A program made the position numbers and the translations under genes. Under the pieces are notes generated by a model. The model searched no databases and was not told the origin of the DNA. It saw only the letters and a program-made list of their open reading frames with translations. A DNA stretch of 64,000 nucleotides. Source: Nanobdellota archaeon. Its GTDB lineage: Archaea > Nanobdellota > Nanobdellia > Pacearchaeales > GW2011-AR1. Below, piece by piece: positions 41,902 through 50,486 of the stretch. Each line of letters opens with the position of its first letter. Positions within the stretch are counted from its first letter, which is position 1. The stretch is from the NCBI GenBank assembly GCA_038044205.1, contig JBBTAN010000017.1, forward strand, positions 104,452 through 168,451. The letters run 5' to 3'.

Positions 41902-43065
41902 ATGGGCGTAGGAATCGAATCAAATCCAATTTCCACAGCAGAGGAAGTGTCTTCCAATGCTGAGGAACCTCCCGGTAGTAGAAGATATTTTAATCATGTT
42001 AATAAAATAGACTGGGACGACTGGACGTGGCAGTTTAAGAACAGAATACGCACTTCTAATGAATTAGAAAAATATTTAGAATTGAGTATAGAAGAAAAAG
42101 AAGCATTCAATAAAGGTTGCAACCTTCCTTTTTCTATTACTCCCTATTATTTAAGCCTAATACCAAGGAATGATTTTAATAATCCTATTAGAAGGTGTAT
42201 GGTTCCAACAGTTTATGAATTTATTAAATCTTATGGAGAAGAGGAGGATCCTCTTCATGAAGAAAAACAAAGTCCAGTAGAAGGTTTAGTCCATAGGTAT
42301 CCTGATAGAGTTTTACTTATGGCATCTGATATTTGTTCTTGTAATTGTCGTTACTGTACACGGTCTCGTGTAGTTGGAACAAGTAAAATAAAAGAAAATG
42401 AGTCTAGGTTAAACAAAGCTTTTGAGTATATAAAATCTCATAAAGAAATAAGAGATGTTATTATTTCTGGTGGTGATCCTCTTTTATTAAAAGATAGTAA
42501 ATTAGAATGGATATTAAGTAATATAAGAAACATACAACATGTTGAAATTATTAGGATTGGAACGAAAGTTCCTGCTGTTTTGCCGCAGAGAATAAATAAA
42601 AATTTATTAAAGGTGTTAAAGAAGTATCATCCTTTATTTATGAGTATTCATTTTACTCATCCAGATGAATGTACTAAAGAAGTAAAAGAAGCATGTTGCA
42701 AGTTAGCTGATACAGGTATTCCGTTAGGTTCGCAGACAGTTTTATTAAAAGGAATTAATGATAATTTAGAATCAATAAAAGATTTGGTTCATAAGTTATT
42801 GATGATGAGGGTAAAACCTTATTATTTATATGCTTGCGATCCTATATTTGGTTCACACCATTTTAGGGCAGATATAAATAAAGGAATAGAAATCATTAGA
42901 GGATTGAGAGGATTTACAAGTGGTTATGCTATTCCTAACTTTGTTATTGATGCCCCAGGTGGAGGTGGAAAAATTCCTATTATGCCTGATTACGTAAAAG
43001 AAATAAATAAAAAATATATAGAAATGGAAAATTATCTAGGAAATCTATACAAATATTATATTTAA
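41902..43065 (+). CDS. KamA-family radical SAM aminomutase (lysine 2,3-aminomutase / EpmB-like)
   Basis: HRYPDRVLL, CSCNCRYCTRS, SGGDPLL, PYYLYACD, DAPGGGGKIP. Confidence 0.85.
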   Translation: MGVGIESNPISTAEEVSSNAEEPPGSRRYFNHVNKIDWDDWTWQFKNRIRTSNELEKYLELSIEEKEAFNKGCNLPFSITPYYLSLIPRNDFNNPIRRCMVPTVYEFIKSYGEEEDPLHEEKQSPVEGLVHRYPDRVLLMASDICSCNCRYCTRSRVVGTSKIKENESRLNKAFEYIKSHKEIRDVIISGGDPLLLKDSKLEWILSNIRNIQHVEIIRIGTKVPAVLPQRINKNLLKVLKKYHPLFMSIHFTHPDECTKEVKEACCKLADTGIPLGSQTVLLKGINDNLESIKDLVHKLLMMRVKPYYLYACDPIFGSHHFRADINKGIEIIRGLRGFTSGYAIPNFVIDAPGGGGKIPIMPDYVKEINKKYIEMENYLGNLYKYYI

Positions 43066-43667
43066 TTTTTTATTTTATTTAATATTTCAATTATATAATT
43101 AGCTGGCATATGGATTCCGACAATAGGTTTTTGTACAGTGACAAAACTATTTATTCCTATTACTTTATTATTACATAGCAGCGCGCCTCCCGACATCCCA
43201 TGTTCTAATTTGCAGTCTGTTTTTATATAAGAAGAATAATTATCAGTAACAGATAAAAATATTCCAATAGTTTTGCACGGCATAACAACATAACCTGACT
43301 TATAGCCAAAGCCTACAGCTAAACACTGTAGGTTTGGTCTTATGTTATCTTCTAATGGTAATCCGTATTTTAATTGATCGGAAAATATAATAATAAAATC
43401 ATGGGTTTTTGACTTAATTGTATATTTAGGTATTATTCTAATACTACCTTGCCAAATAAAAATATCTTTTGCTGTATTTTCCATTAGATGTTTAGCTGAT
43501 AAAATAAATACTTTATCTTTATATGAAGCTATTACTCCAGTTCCATTGTATAGAACAGTTTTATTGTTTACTACATTTTCTACTTGGACATTTACAATAA
43601 AATCTTTTATATCTCCAGCAAAAGAAAAATCAGATAATAATAAAATAATAAATATTATTTTTTTCAT
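43062..43667 (-). CDS. secreted trypsin-like serine protease
   Basis: N-terminal signal peptide; SAKHL (His), HDFIII (Asp), GMSGGAL (Ser). Confidence 0.65.
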   Translation of the reverse strand: MKKIIFIILLLSDFSFAGDIKDFIVNVQVENVVNNKTVLYNGTGVIASYKDKVFILSAKHLMENTAKDIFIWQGSIRIIPKYTIKSKTHDFIIIFSDQLKYGLPLEDNIRPNLQCLAVGFGYKSGYVVMPCKTIGIFLSVTDNYSSYIKTDCKLEHGMSGGALLCNNKVIGINSFVTVQKPIVGIHMPANYIIEILNKIKN

Positions 43668-43668
43668 T

Positions 43669-44112
43669 TTATATTCCTTCAGTTATTTGAGCCATAGCTT
43701 CTTTTAAATTTCCATCTTTATCAAAAGATGCATCAAATATAATTATCTTACCATTATCTTCTTTTGTTAATACTATATTTCCATCTGCCAATTGAATACT
43801 TATATTATTTAATTTTTGTGATAATTCATATAAAAATTCGAAAGTGAAATTAGTATTTGGTGATAAATCAGAATCAAAAGCAACACTTAGAAAACATGCT
43901 ATACCTTTAGAATTAGTTATTCTCAATGTTTTATTTTTATAATTTTTAAAAAAATCAATAATAGGTTTATATATATGAGTTTCTTTACCTAATAAAGAAT
44001 TTTCTGGTATTTTTTCTTTTATTGAGGTATCATTGAACCAATTGTCAAGTTTTTCCTGACTACTGAAAAAATAATTCAATTCTCCATCTGTTAAATGATA
44101 TTCTTGCTCCAT
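43669..44112 (-). CDS. hypothetical protein
   Basis: SD-proximal ATG; 1-nt gap to protease gene. Confidence 0.55.
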   Translation of the reverse strand: MEQEYHLTDGELNYFFSSQEKLDNWFNDTSIKEKIPENSLLGKETHIYKPIIDFFKNYKNKTLRITNSKGIACFLSVAFDSDLSPNTNFTFEFLYELSQKLNNISIQLADGNIVLTKEDNGKIIIFDASFDKDGNLKEAMAQITEGI

Positions 44113-44230
44113 AAAATAATCCTTTAATATCAACCATTTATATATTATTTACTTATTCTTTTTATTCCTTTAGAAGGATAAAAAACAGATAAGAAGAATA
44201 TGATAATAACATTCCGCATGGAGGTTTTCT

Positions 44231-44998
44231 ATGGGAATCAACAAAGAGGTATATAAAAATAGGTTTGGAATGGAGTTTGAATGTTCTACCCCTTTTGATG
44301 AATTAAAAGGACTTGTTCATGATGCTTGTATTAAATATTATGGTGAGAATTCTGTTTTAATTAAAAAAACATCTTATTCTTCCAATAAAAACTATAATAA
44401 ATGGCATTTAAAAATAGATGGAACTACAGAATCTGAGTTATGTACTCCCATATCATCATTTAATGATATAGGTAAAATTAAAAAAGTAATAAAAGAATTA
44501 GGCCAAAATATAAAAATAACAAACAATGATTCTACGCACCTCCATTTAGAAATAGGAGATATTGATCCCAGATTATTGGTAATTGGTTGGCTTATTATAG
44601 AAAAAGGAATTATTCGATGTTTTCCAAAACATAGAAGAAAGAATAATTTTTGTGAGAAGTTAGGCGATGGTAAAAAACACAATATCGGTCTTTTATTTGA
44701 AAAAGCATATGGGATAGCAGAAAATCATCATTCTATTTTATCTTTGTATCATTACGACCAAAGAAAAACAATAGAATTTAGAGTATGTGAAGGAACTAAT
44801 AATTCGGAAACAATTGAAAATTGGATTAAATTTTGTTATTTATTTTTGAATTATTGTAAGAATATGGATGTAATAGAAGTTCTTAAAAAAGATATTGGTA
44901 ATAAAAATATATTTTTTGCTATAGAGGAGTTGAAACTAACAGGAAAAATAAAGAAATGGTTAGAAGGGAGATACGAACTATTCAACAAAGAAGATTGA
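44231..44998 (+). CDS. putative glutamine-synthetase-like amidoligase (Amidoligase_2-type)
   Basis: FGMEFE, WHLKIDGT..SELCTP, STHLHLEIG, IEFRVCEGT patterns recalled from the family. Confidence 0.45.
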   Translation: MGINKEVYKNRFGMEFECSTPFDELKGLVHDACIKYYGENSVLIKKTSYSSNKNYNKWHLKIDGTTESELCTPISSFNDIGKIKKVIKELGQNIKITNNDSTHLHLEIGDIDPRLLVIGWLIIEKGIIRCFPKHRRKNNFCEKLGDGKKHNIGLLFEKAYGIAENHHSILSLYHYDQRKTIEFRVCEGTNNSETIENWIKFCYLFLNYCKNMDVIEVLKKDIGNKNIFFAIEELKLTGKIKKWLEGRYELFNKED

Positions 44999-45025
44999 TT
45001 TTTTCTATTTTTTCAGGAGAAAAAA

Positions 45026-45406
45026 TTGAGTCTAAAAATTAAAGTTTATGATGAGGTAAATGAATCAACTAACATCTACGAGGAGAACATTGATGATGAA
45101 GAACTGGAAATGGAAAAAGAAATATATGAAGGAAATGATTTTGATCATTATATAAGAGATGTAAAATTAAAAGTAAATTATCTTCCAAACTATAAAGAGG
45201 ACGATTCCCATTATATTTCTTTATTTTATATTAATTTAACTAAAAATGGCAGATGCCCGAACTGGTTGAAAGGTGTAGATGAAAATAATGTTTGGGTTGA
45301 AGTGAAAAGGACAGGTGTTGAAAATAAGATTATAGATAAGGAAAAGAAAAATATAATTATTAATATTTTATCATGGATTGGAGAAAAATTAAGTGCAAAG
45401 AAATAA
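45026..45406 (+). CDS. hypothetical acidic protein (TTG start)
   Basis: 126 aa, GGAGA SD. Confidence 0.5.
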   Translation: MSLKIKVYDEVNESTNIYEENIDDEELEMEKEIYEGNDFDHYIRDVKLKVNYLPNYKEDDSHYISLFYINLTKNGRCPNWLKGVDENNVWVEVKRTGVENKIIDKEKKNIIINILSWIGEKLSAKK

Positions 45407-45674
45407 AATAAATATTAAATTTAATATTTCTTCTGGAGGTTGTGCTGGATGTACTGGCTGTGGTTATATCTGGGATACTCCTTTTTCTTGTTTAGGATGT
45501 GGTCCACCTTTATATCCAACAAGTGTAGGATGCGCTGGATGTGGCGTAGCTGGTTGTTTTGCGTGTGCTGGATGTAATGATTGTGGAACAGATTTACCTC
45601 CTACGGCTGGTCAATCAGGATGCAATACTTGTAGAGCATGTGCTGGTTGTAATATTTGTTCAGTACCTCCATAG
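45393..45674 (+). CDS. Cys/Gly-rich peptide with chained CxxC (CAGC) motifs (GTG start)
   Basis: 93 aa, ~22 Cys; GCAGCTGCG, GCAGCGVAGCFACAGCNDCG, CNTCRACAGCNIC. Confidence 0.5.
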   Translation: MQRNKINIKFNISSGGCAGCTGCGYIWDTPFSCLGCGPPLYPTSVGCAGCGVAGCFACAGCNDCGTDLPPTAGQSGCNTCRACAGCNICSVPP

Positions 45675-45717
45675 AAGAAAAATTAAATAAATAATTGAAT
45701 ACAATATAGGAGATTGT

Positions 45718-45957
45718 ATGTTTGAGGAACATAATTTAGAAAAGAAAAAACATGGTAATAGAATTAATTTTTTAATTAAAAAGAAAAAGAAAGCAAAAGA
45801 GATATATAAGGATTGGCCGAAGTTTTATAAAGCAGCCAATAATTTAAAAATTTGCTCTTGTTCGATGTGTGGTAATTTTAGAAAAAATAGAAAAGGAAAA
45901 GATAAATTTACTATCCAGGAAATTAAACAGATAGAAAAAGAAAAAATAGAGGATTAA
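45718..45957 (+). CDS. small basic protein with CSCSMCG motif
   Basis: 79 aa, strong SD. Confidence 0.55.
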   Translation: MFEEHNLEKKKHGNRINFLIKKKKKAKEIYKDWPKFYKAANNLKICSCSMCGNFRKNRKGKDKFTIQEIKQIEKEKIED

Positions 45958-45968
45958 GGAATTTTATT

Positions 45969-46682
45969 ATGGGTTGGTATAAGATGGCAAATTTTATAGG
46001 TCAGGGAAATATTGTAGCATCAAACAATAAATATTATATTATAGATATAATGAAATATAATATTATTTATGTAGTAGATAGAGAATTGTTAGATAGTAAT
46101 AATTTAATTGAAGATAAGAACATTAAACCAATAATGGTAGATGATAAAAAGAATATATATAAATTAATTAAAAAGATAGATGAGAAATATGGAGAGCATG
46201 GAGAGTGGAAAGTTTTTGAGGATGTTTCTATAGAAAAAGAAACAGATAAAATAAGAGATGAATTCAAACATAAAATCAATTTGCCAAGGATAGCATCTGT
46301 GTATAAGAAATCATGTAGGTCTTCCAGTATGCAGTTTCAGTGTGCTTATTGTAGAAAATTAGAGGATAAAGATACATGCGATCCAAATGATAAAAATAGT
46401 AAAGGTATTTTATTATCAAGAAAAGATTGGGAAACAAAACATGGTTCATTGGAATTTTTAATAAAAAATAAAGATACAGGTGAATATGTTAAAATTCATG
46501 GTGATAGCCCAGTAAATAAAGAATATATTCCTATTGATGAATCAGGATTATTTATAGATAAAAAATTATATACTACGTATTTAGTTAGATATGGTAAGAA
46601 TGGTGATATTTTAGTTACTCATGGAATTTGTCTTCCTTGTAAAGAAAAAGCGTGGAATGAATATAAAGGAATTGTGAAATAA
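45969..46682 (+). CDS. hypothetical protein with MGWYK N-terminus
   Basis: 237 aa. Confidence 0.6.
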   Translation: MGWYKMANFIGQGNIVASNNKYYIIDIMKYNIIYVVDRELLDSNNLIEDKNIKPIMVDDKKNIYKLIKKIDEKYGEHGEWKVFEDVSIEKETDKIRDEFKHKINLPRIASVYKKSCRSSSMQFQCAYCRKLEDKDTCDPNDKNSKGILLSRKDWETKHGSLEFLIKNKDTGEYVKIHGDSPVNKEYIPIDESGLFIDKKLYTTYLVRYGKNGDILVTHGICLPCKEKAWNEYKGIVK

Positions 46683-46716
46683 AAATATAATATAAATTTA
46701 TATTTATTTGGAGAAT

Positions 46717-47331
46717 ATGATGAAGAATATCAGTAAATGGGAGAAAAGTCAACTAAAGAAAACAGAGAAGCAGTTAAAAGATATTAATTTATCTGCTATA
46801 TCTGGTAATAGTATTTGCACTTCTGGTAGAATCATGCCTAAAATGATTAAGAAGGCAGAGGTAAAGTATGAGACTCCAGCTAAACAATTAGCTGGTAATA
46901 TTCAAGAATATTTATACCATACTGATTTACAAAAAAGACAGGTGAGATTAGTTGAAGGAAGAAAAGAGAAGATAGGGGCAGAGGATATTCCTGTTATTAG
47001 AGAATTAAGTATTTATTTACAAAAGGTTATAAATGGTAATATAAAACCAGAAATTTCTGATGTTGTATTATATTCTGGAAAACAATTTGATATAGCTAAT
47101 GGTTGGTTGTTTAATCAATCTCATGGAACATTTTCTCCTGATAAGAAAGGTGGAAATACTACTATTATTTTCGATCCTAATAAATTAAAAGATATATATA
47201 ATAATATAGTAGCACCTCCTGCTAAAAAAGAAGTAGCTCCTGTTGCTACACAATCGCCAGCACAAGCCCCTGCAAATCTACCTTCACAACAACCTATGCC
47301 TAAAGCAGCATCTAATAAGAAAATTAAATAA
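46717..47331 (+). CDS. hypothetical protein
   Basis: ATG after GGAGA; Pro/Ala-rich tail. Confidence 0.55.
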   Translation: MMKNISKWEKSQLKKTEKQLKDINLSAISGNSICTSGRIMPKMIKKAEVKYETPAKQLAGNIQEYLYHTDLQKRQVRLVEGRKEKIGAEDIPVIRELSIYLQKVINGNIKPEISDVVLYSGKQFDIANGWLFNQSHGTFSPDKKGGNTTIIFDPNKLKDIYNNIVAPPAKKEVAPVATQSPAQAPANLPSQQPMPKAASNKKIK

Positions 47332-47354
47332 TTTATTTTTTTAGGAGAATTATT

Positions 47355-47759
47355 ATGATTAAAAGAAGTAATTGGGAAATTGAAAAGATTGAGTTGATGA
47401 AGGAAGCGCAAGCTGCTGCTATTGCTAAAGGATTAGGGAAAGGAGTTGGAACGGCGGTTGATGTTGCTAAAGGAGTTTGGAATGCTGGTAAAGGGGCGGT
47501 GAATACAGTTAAAGGATTAGGTCAAGCATTTATGCAGGGATATAGGGGGCAACCGAATCAACAGCAAGTTGCCGCTGTCATTCCAGTAGTGACTAATGTA
47601 ATAAATCAATTAAAACCATTTTCTATGAATCCTGACATTTCTAATATCATTAATAATTTAGTTGCGATTCAAAATAAAATGAATCAACCAGTACAACAGC
47701 AGCAACCTCAATCTGTAGGAAACGCTCCTGTAGCACCAGCAGTTGCGCCTGTACAGTAA
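47355..47759 (+). CDS. hypothetical Gly/Ala/Gln-rich protein
   Basis: 134 aa, strong SD. Confidence 0.55.
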   Translation: MIKRSNWEIEKIELMKEAQAAAIAKGLGKGVGTAVDVAKGVWNAGKGAVNTVKGLGQAFMQGYRGQPNQQQVAAVIPVVTNVINQLKPFSMNPDISNIINNLVAIQNKMNQPVQQQQPQSVGNAPVAPAVAPVQ

Positions 47760-47773
47760 AAAGGAGAAAATAT

Positions 47774-48166
47774 ATGATTTGGTATAAAAAATCAAAAAAA
47801 GAAATAGTATATAAATTACAAAAGGAATCTTTTATACTATCAGCACAAGGCACTCAACCTGTTGTTCCGGCTGCTCCTGTTGTTCCTCCTAATAAATCTA
47901 TTACTCCTGCTGCTATGCCAAATAACCAGGCTGCTATTATTGCTGCCGAAAAATTAGCTGCAGAAGCACGAGAAAAAAAGGAAGTTGCGGCTGAACAACA
48001 AGCAGCTAAAGAACGAGCAGCGGCAGCAAAAATGGCAGCACTACGTCAATCAACTGTTGAAAAATTGGCGTTGCAAAAATCAGAGCAAGCAGCATTACAA
48101 GCAGCACAACTCAAGGCTAACAAGGAACAAGAAATTGCAAATAGAGAAATGAAAAATACTATATAG
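47774..48166 (+). CDS. Ala/Gln-rich coiled-coil protein with MIWYKK N-terminus
   Basis: 130 aa, strong SD. Confidence 0.55.
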   Translation: MIWYKKSKKEIVYKLQKESFILSAQGTQPVVPAAPVVPPNKSITPAAMPNNQAAIIAAEKLAAEAREKKEVAAEQQAAKERAAAAKMAALRQSTVEKLALQKSEQAALQAAQLKANKEQEIANREMKNTI

Positions 48167-48320
48167 GTCAAATTGACAAATCTCCAATATAAAATAAATA
48201 TAATAAAACAATATAACTTATTACATATCAAGCATTTACAATTTTATTTCAAATCTGGCACGATTTTTTCTAAAAATTAATACTGAATAATTTTACTAAA
48301 TATTTTATTTTCCATAAATG

Positions 48321-48353
48321 AGGCAACATAATTCATGTTGCCTTTATTTTTTT
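48321..48353 (+). terminator. rho-independent terminator
   Basis: AGGCAACA/TGTTGCCT hairpin plus T-run. Confidence 0.6.
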
Positions 48354-48435
48354 ATCCAAGGATTTCATTGTAAATAAAAAGAATATATAACAGGTTCATT
48401 TTATCTTTTGTTTGTTGAAAAAGGAGGAAAAAGAA

Positions 48436-48867
48436 ATGAGTAAATATGCAAATGGAATCGCTGTAATTATGTTTGTTTTTATTTTATCTGGATGTAATAT
48501 GGACAGGTCGATGAATGTTCAAAAGTCAGTAATTAGAGGCACTGGTGATGTCTCTGCTACTTTAGTTTTAGAGAAGACTCAATTAGTAGATGTTGAACAA
48601 AGAAAAATACAAATGGATAAAGCTGCAACAATAGTAATTGAGACATTGGAGAAAGATGCTATCTATCCTATGACAATTGATGAGTTGAGAGCGAAATTAA
48701 GAGCCAAATTGCCTATTGAGTTCTGGTCTTACATAGATGAAATTTTAGCTTATGTTGAAAGAATTAAACCAAGTGAATATATGAGCCAGACTGTTATAGA
48801 TAGATTATTAGCTTATGCCAAGGGATTTAAAATTGGCACCAACGAATACAACATTAAATATAGGTAA
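48436..48867 (+). CDS. lipoprotein
   Basis: SD-proximal ATG; lipobox FILSGC. Confidence 0.6.
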   Translation: MSKYANGIAVIMFVFILSGCNMDRSMNVQKSVIRGTGDVSATLVLEKTQLVDVEQRKIQMDKAATIVIETLEKDAIYPMTIDELRAKLRAKLPIEFWSYIDEILAYVERIKPSEYMSQTVIDRLLAYAKGFKIGTNEYNIKYR

Positions 48868-48871
48868 AAAT

Positions 48872-49177
48872 ATGAATAAAATAAGTCAATGGGCAAGGAT
48901 AAATTTAGAGAAATTATCTCAAATTACAGATGATAATGTAGAAAATCAGCAGAATGTGCGTATGCAGCAACTATTAAATGATTTTTTGAAAAATAAAAAA
49001 TTTAGCATTTATGATATTAATTTAATTAAATCATTAGCAAATGAATTTATTAAATTGATAAAATTAAATGTAAATGATAATTATTTATTTTTTAAGATTC
49101 CGAATCATTCTTATAGTTACGAAGATATGGAAGATGCTATAATTTCTAAAATGAAAGAAATTGTAAATCCGATTTAA
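48872..49177 (+). CDS. hypothetical protein
   Basis: internal ATG directly after previous stop. Confidence 0.5.
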   Translation: MNKISQWARINLEKLSQITDDNVENQQNVRMQQLLNDFLKNKKFSIYDINLIKSLANEFIKLIKLNVNDNYLFFKIPNHSYSYEDMEDAIISKMKEIVNPI

Positions 49178-49191
49178 TAGAGATAATATAA

Positions 49192-49854
49192 ATGATAGTA
49201 GTGAATGTAAATAATGAAGCTGTTGATATATCTGATTCAACAGTAGGGTTAAATTTAGCTCCAATTCAGCCTGGAGAAAGAGTAACTGTATCTAATGAAT
49301 ATGAATCATCTACTAATTTTTTAGATGCTTATGATAAAGGATATATTAAATTAGTTGGTACAGAATATCCAGTTGGTCTTTTTTTGACTAAAAGAAGATT
49401 TGATGTTTCTGGAAGTTCTACTGGTCCTGTTGGCCCTACAGGACCAAGTGGGCCATCTGGGGCCACTGGACCGCAGGGGACTACAGATACGAGCTTCCAG
49501 GTGGTTGTAGACGGTAATAAAAGAACAATAACAACTGGTGAGAAGAATGTATTCTGGATTACTTTCAATGGGACTATAAGTGAAGTAATATTATTAGGAA
49601 AACCTACTTCTGGGGTATCTGGTTCAATTCAAATTGATATATGGAAAAGTAATTATTTGAATTATCCTCCTACTGTTACTGATTCTATTACATCATCAAC
49701 TCCTCCTTCAATTGTTTCTGGGATAAAATCAAAAAATTCTACTTTGACAGGTTGGAATAAATCACTATATATTGGAGATATTGTTAAATTTAATATTGAT
49801 TCAGTAGATAATATAACTAATGTTACTGTTATTGTTAGATATTTAAAAATATAA
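49192..49854 (+). CDS. short collagen-like fibre protein sharing the MIVxN N-domain
   Basis: GPVGPTGPSGPSGATGPQG tract. Confidence 0.7.
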   Translation: MIVVNVNNEAVDISDSTVGLNLAPIQPGERVTVSNEYESSTNFLDAYDKGYIKLVGTEYPVGLFLTKRRFDVSGSSTGPVGPTGPSGPSGATGPQGTTDTSFQVVVDGNKRTITTGEKNVFWITFNGTISEVILLGKPTSGVSGSIQIDIWKSNYLNYPPTVTDSITSSTPPSIVSGIKSKNSTLTGWNKSLYIGDIVKFNIDSVDNITNVTVIVRYLKI

Positions 49855-49874
49855 AATGAATAGGAGATAATTAC

Positions 49875-50459
49875 ATGTTAGAGGTTGCTATTAGTTTAAG
49901 AAGAGATTTGGAAGGTGAAGGTGAAATAGGTAAATTGGAAAAACAAGAAAAGAAATGTGGAGATATATTAGTTGCTAAAATTGCACCGGCTAATTGGGGT
50001 GAAGAAGAAAAAAGATTATTTCTTATTACTTATTTAGATGATCCTGAATTAGAATTAAAAGTAAAAGAAAATGGTGGACTTATTTCTTATCCTTATGCTG
50101 TTGATGGGGCTTCATTAGAGTTACCTGGCACTATAAATGGAGATTTATTAAAAGATGATCCAAAGGATGAACCATCTACACATGTAATGATAAATAGATC
50201 TAAGTATAGGGTTAAAGTTGGGCAAGAAATAAATAAAGAAAAACAACCTAATATGTTTATTAGTTCTAATGGATTAGATTGTAAAAATATTACTGAAGAA
50301 ATATCAGAACCAACCACTAAATTAAATAATATTTCTTATTGTCCAATTTGTAATGAAAAACAAGAAAGTAGAGATGGTTTTTGTCCTAAATGTAACAATT
50401 CATCTGCACAATATTTAGAATTATCTGATTTATTTTTTGATGATTCTGCTAGGATATAA
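49875..50459 (+). CDS. hypothetical protein with C-terminal zinc ribbon
   Basis: CPICNEK...CPKCNN; last 7 codons lie in the 24-nt repeat. Confidence 0.6.
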   Translation: MLEVAISLRRDLEGEGEIGKLEKQEKKCGDILVAKIAPANWGEEEKRLFLITYLDDPELELKVKENGGLISYPYAVDGASLELPGTINGDLLKDDPKDEPSTHVMINRSKYRVKVGQEINKEKQPNMFISSNGLDCKNITEEISEPTTKLNNISYCPICNEKQESRDGFCPKCNNSSAQYLELSDLFFDDSARI

Positions 50460-50484
50460 TTTGATGATTCTGCTAGGATATAAT
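50437..50484 (+). repeat. perfect tandem duplication of 24 nt (TTGATGATTCTGCTAGGATATAAT)
   Basis: 50437-50460 = 50461-50484; third copy at 55350. Confidence 0.9.
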
Positions 50485-50486
50485 CT

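Noticed and set aside
45254-45261. Extra TGCCCGGA-like site (TGCCCGAA)
   Set aside because: It is a 7/8 match inside a coding region without the TATT/G downstream elements.
48173-48204. TTGACA ... TATAAT as a sigma70 promoter
   Set aside because: The spacer is 20 nt, outside the functional range.
48256-48353. Sigma54-type promoter (TGGCACG-N4-TTTC) driving an ~80-nt sRNA ending at the 48321 terminator
   Set aside because: The essential -12 GC is TC, and no enhancer-binding AAA+ activator is present in the window. The terminator is adequately explained as the end of the 47774..48166 transcript.
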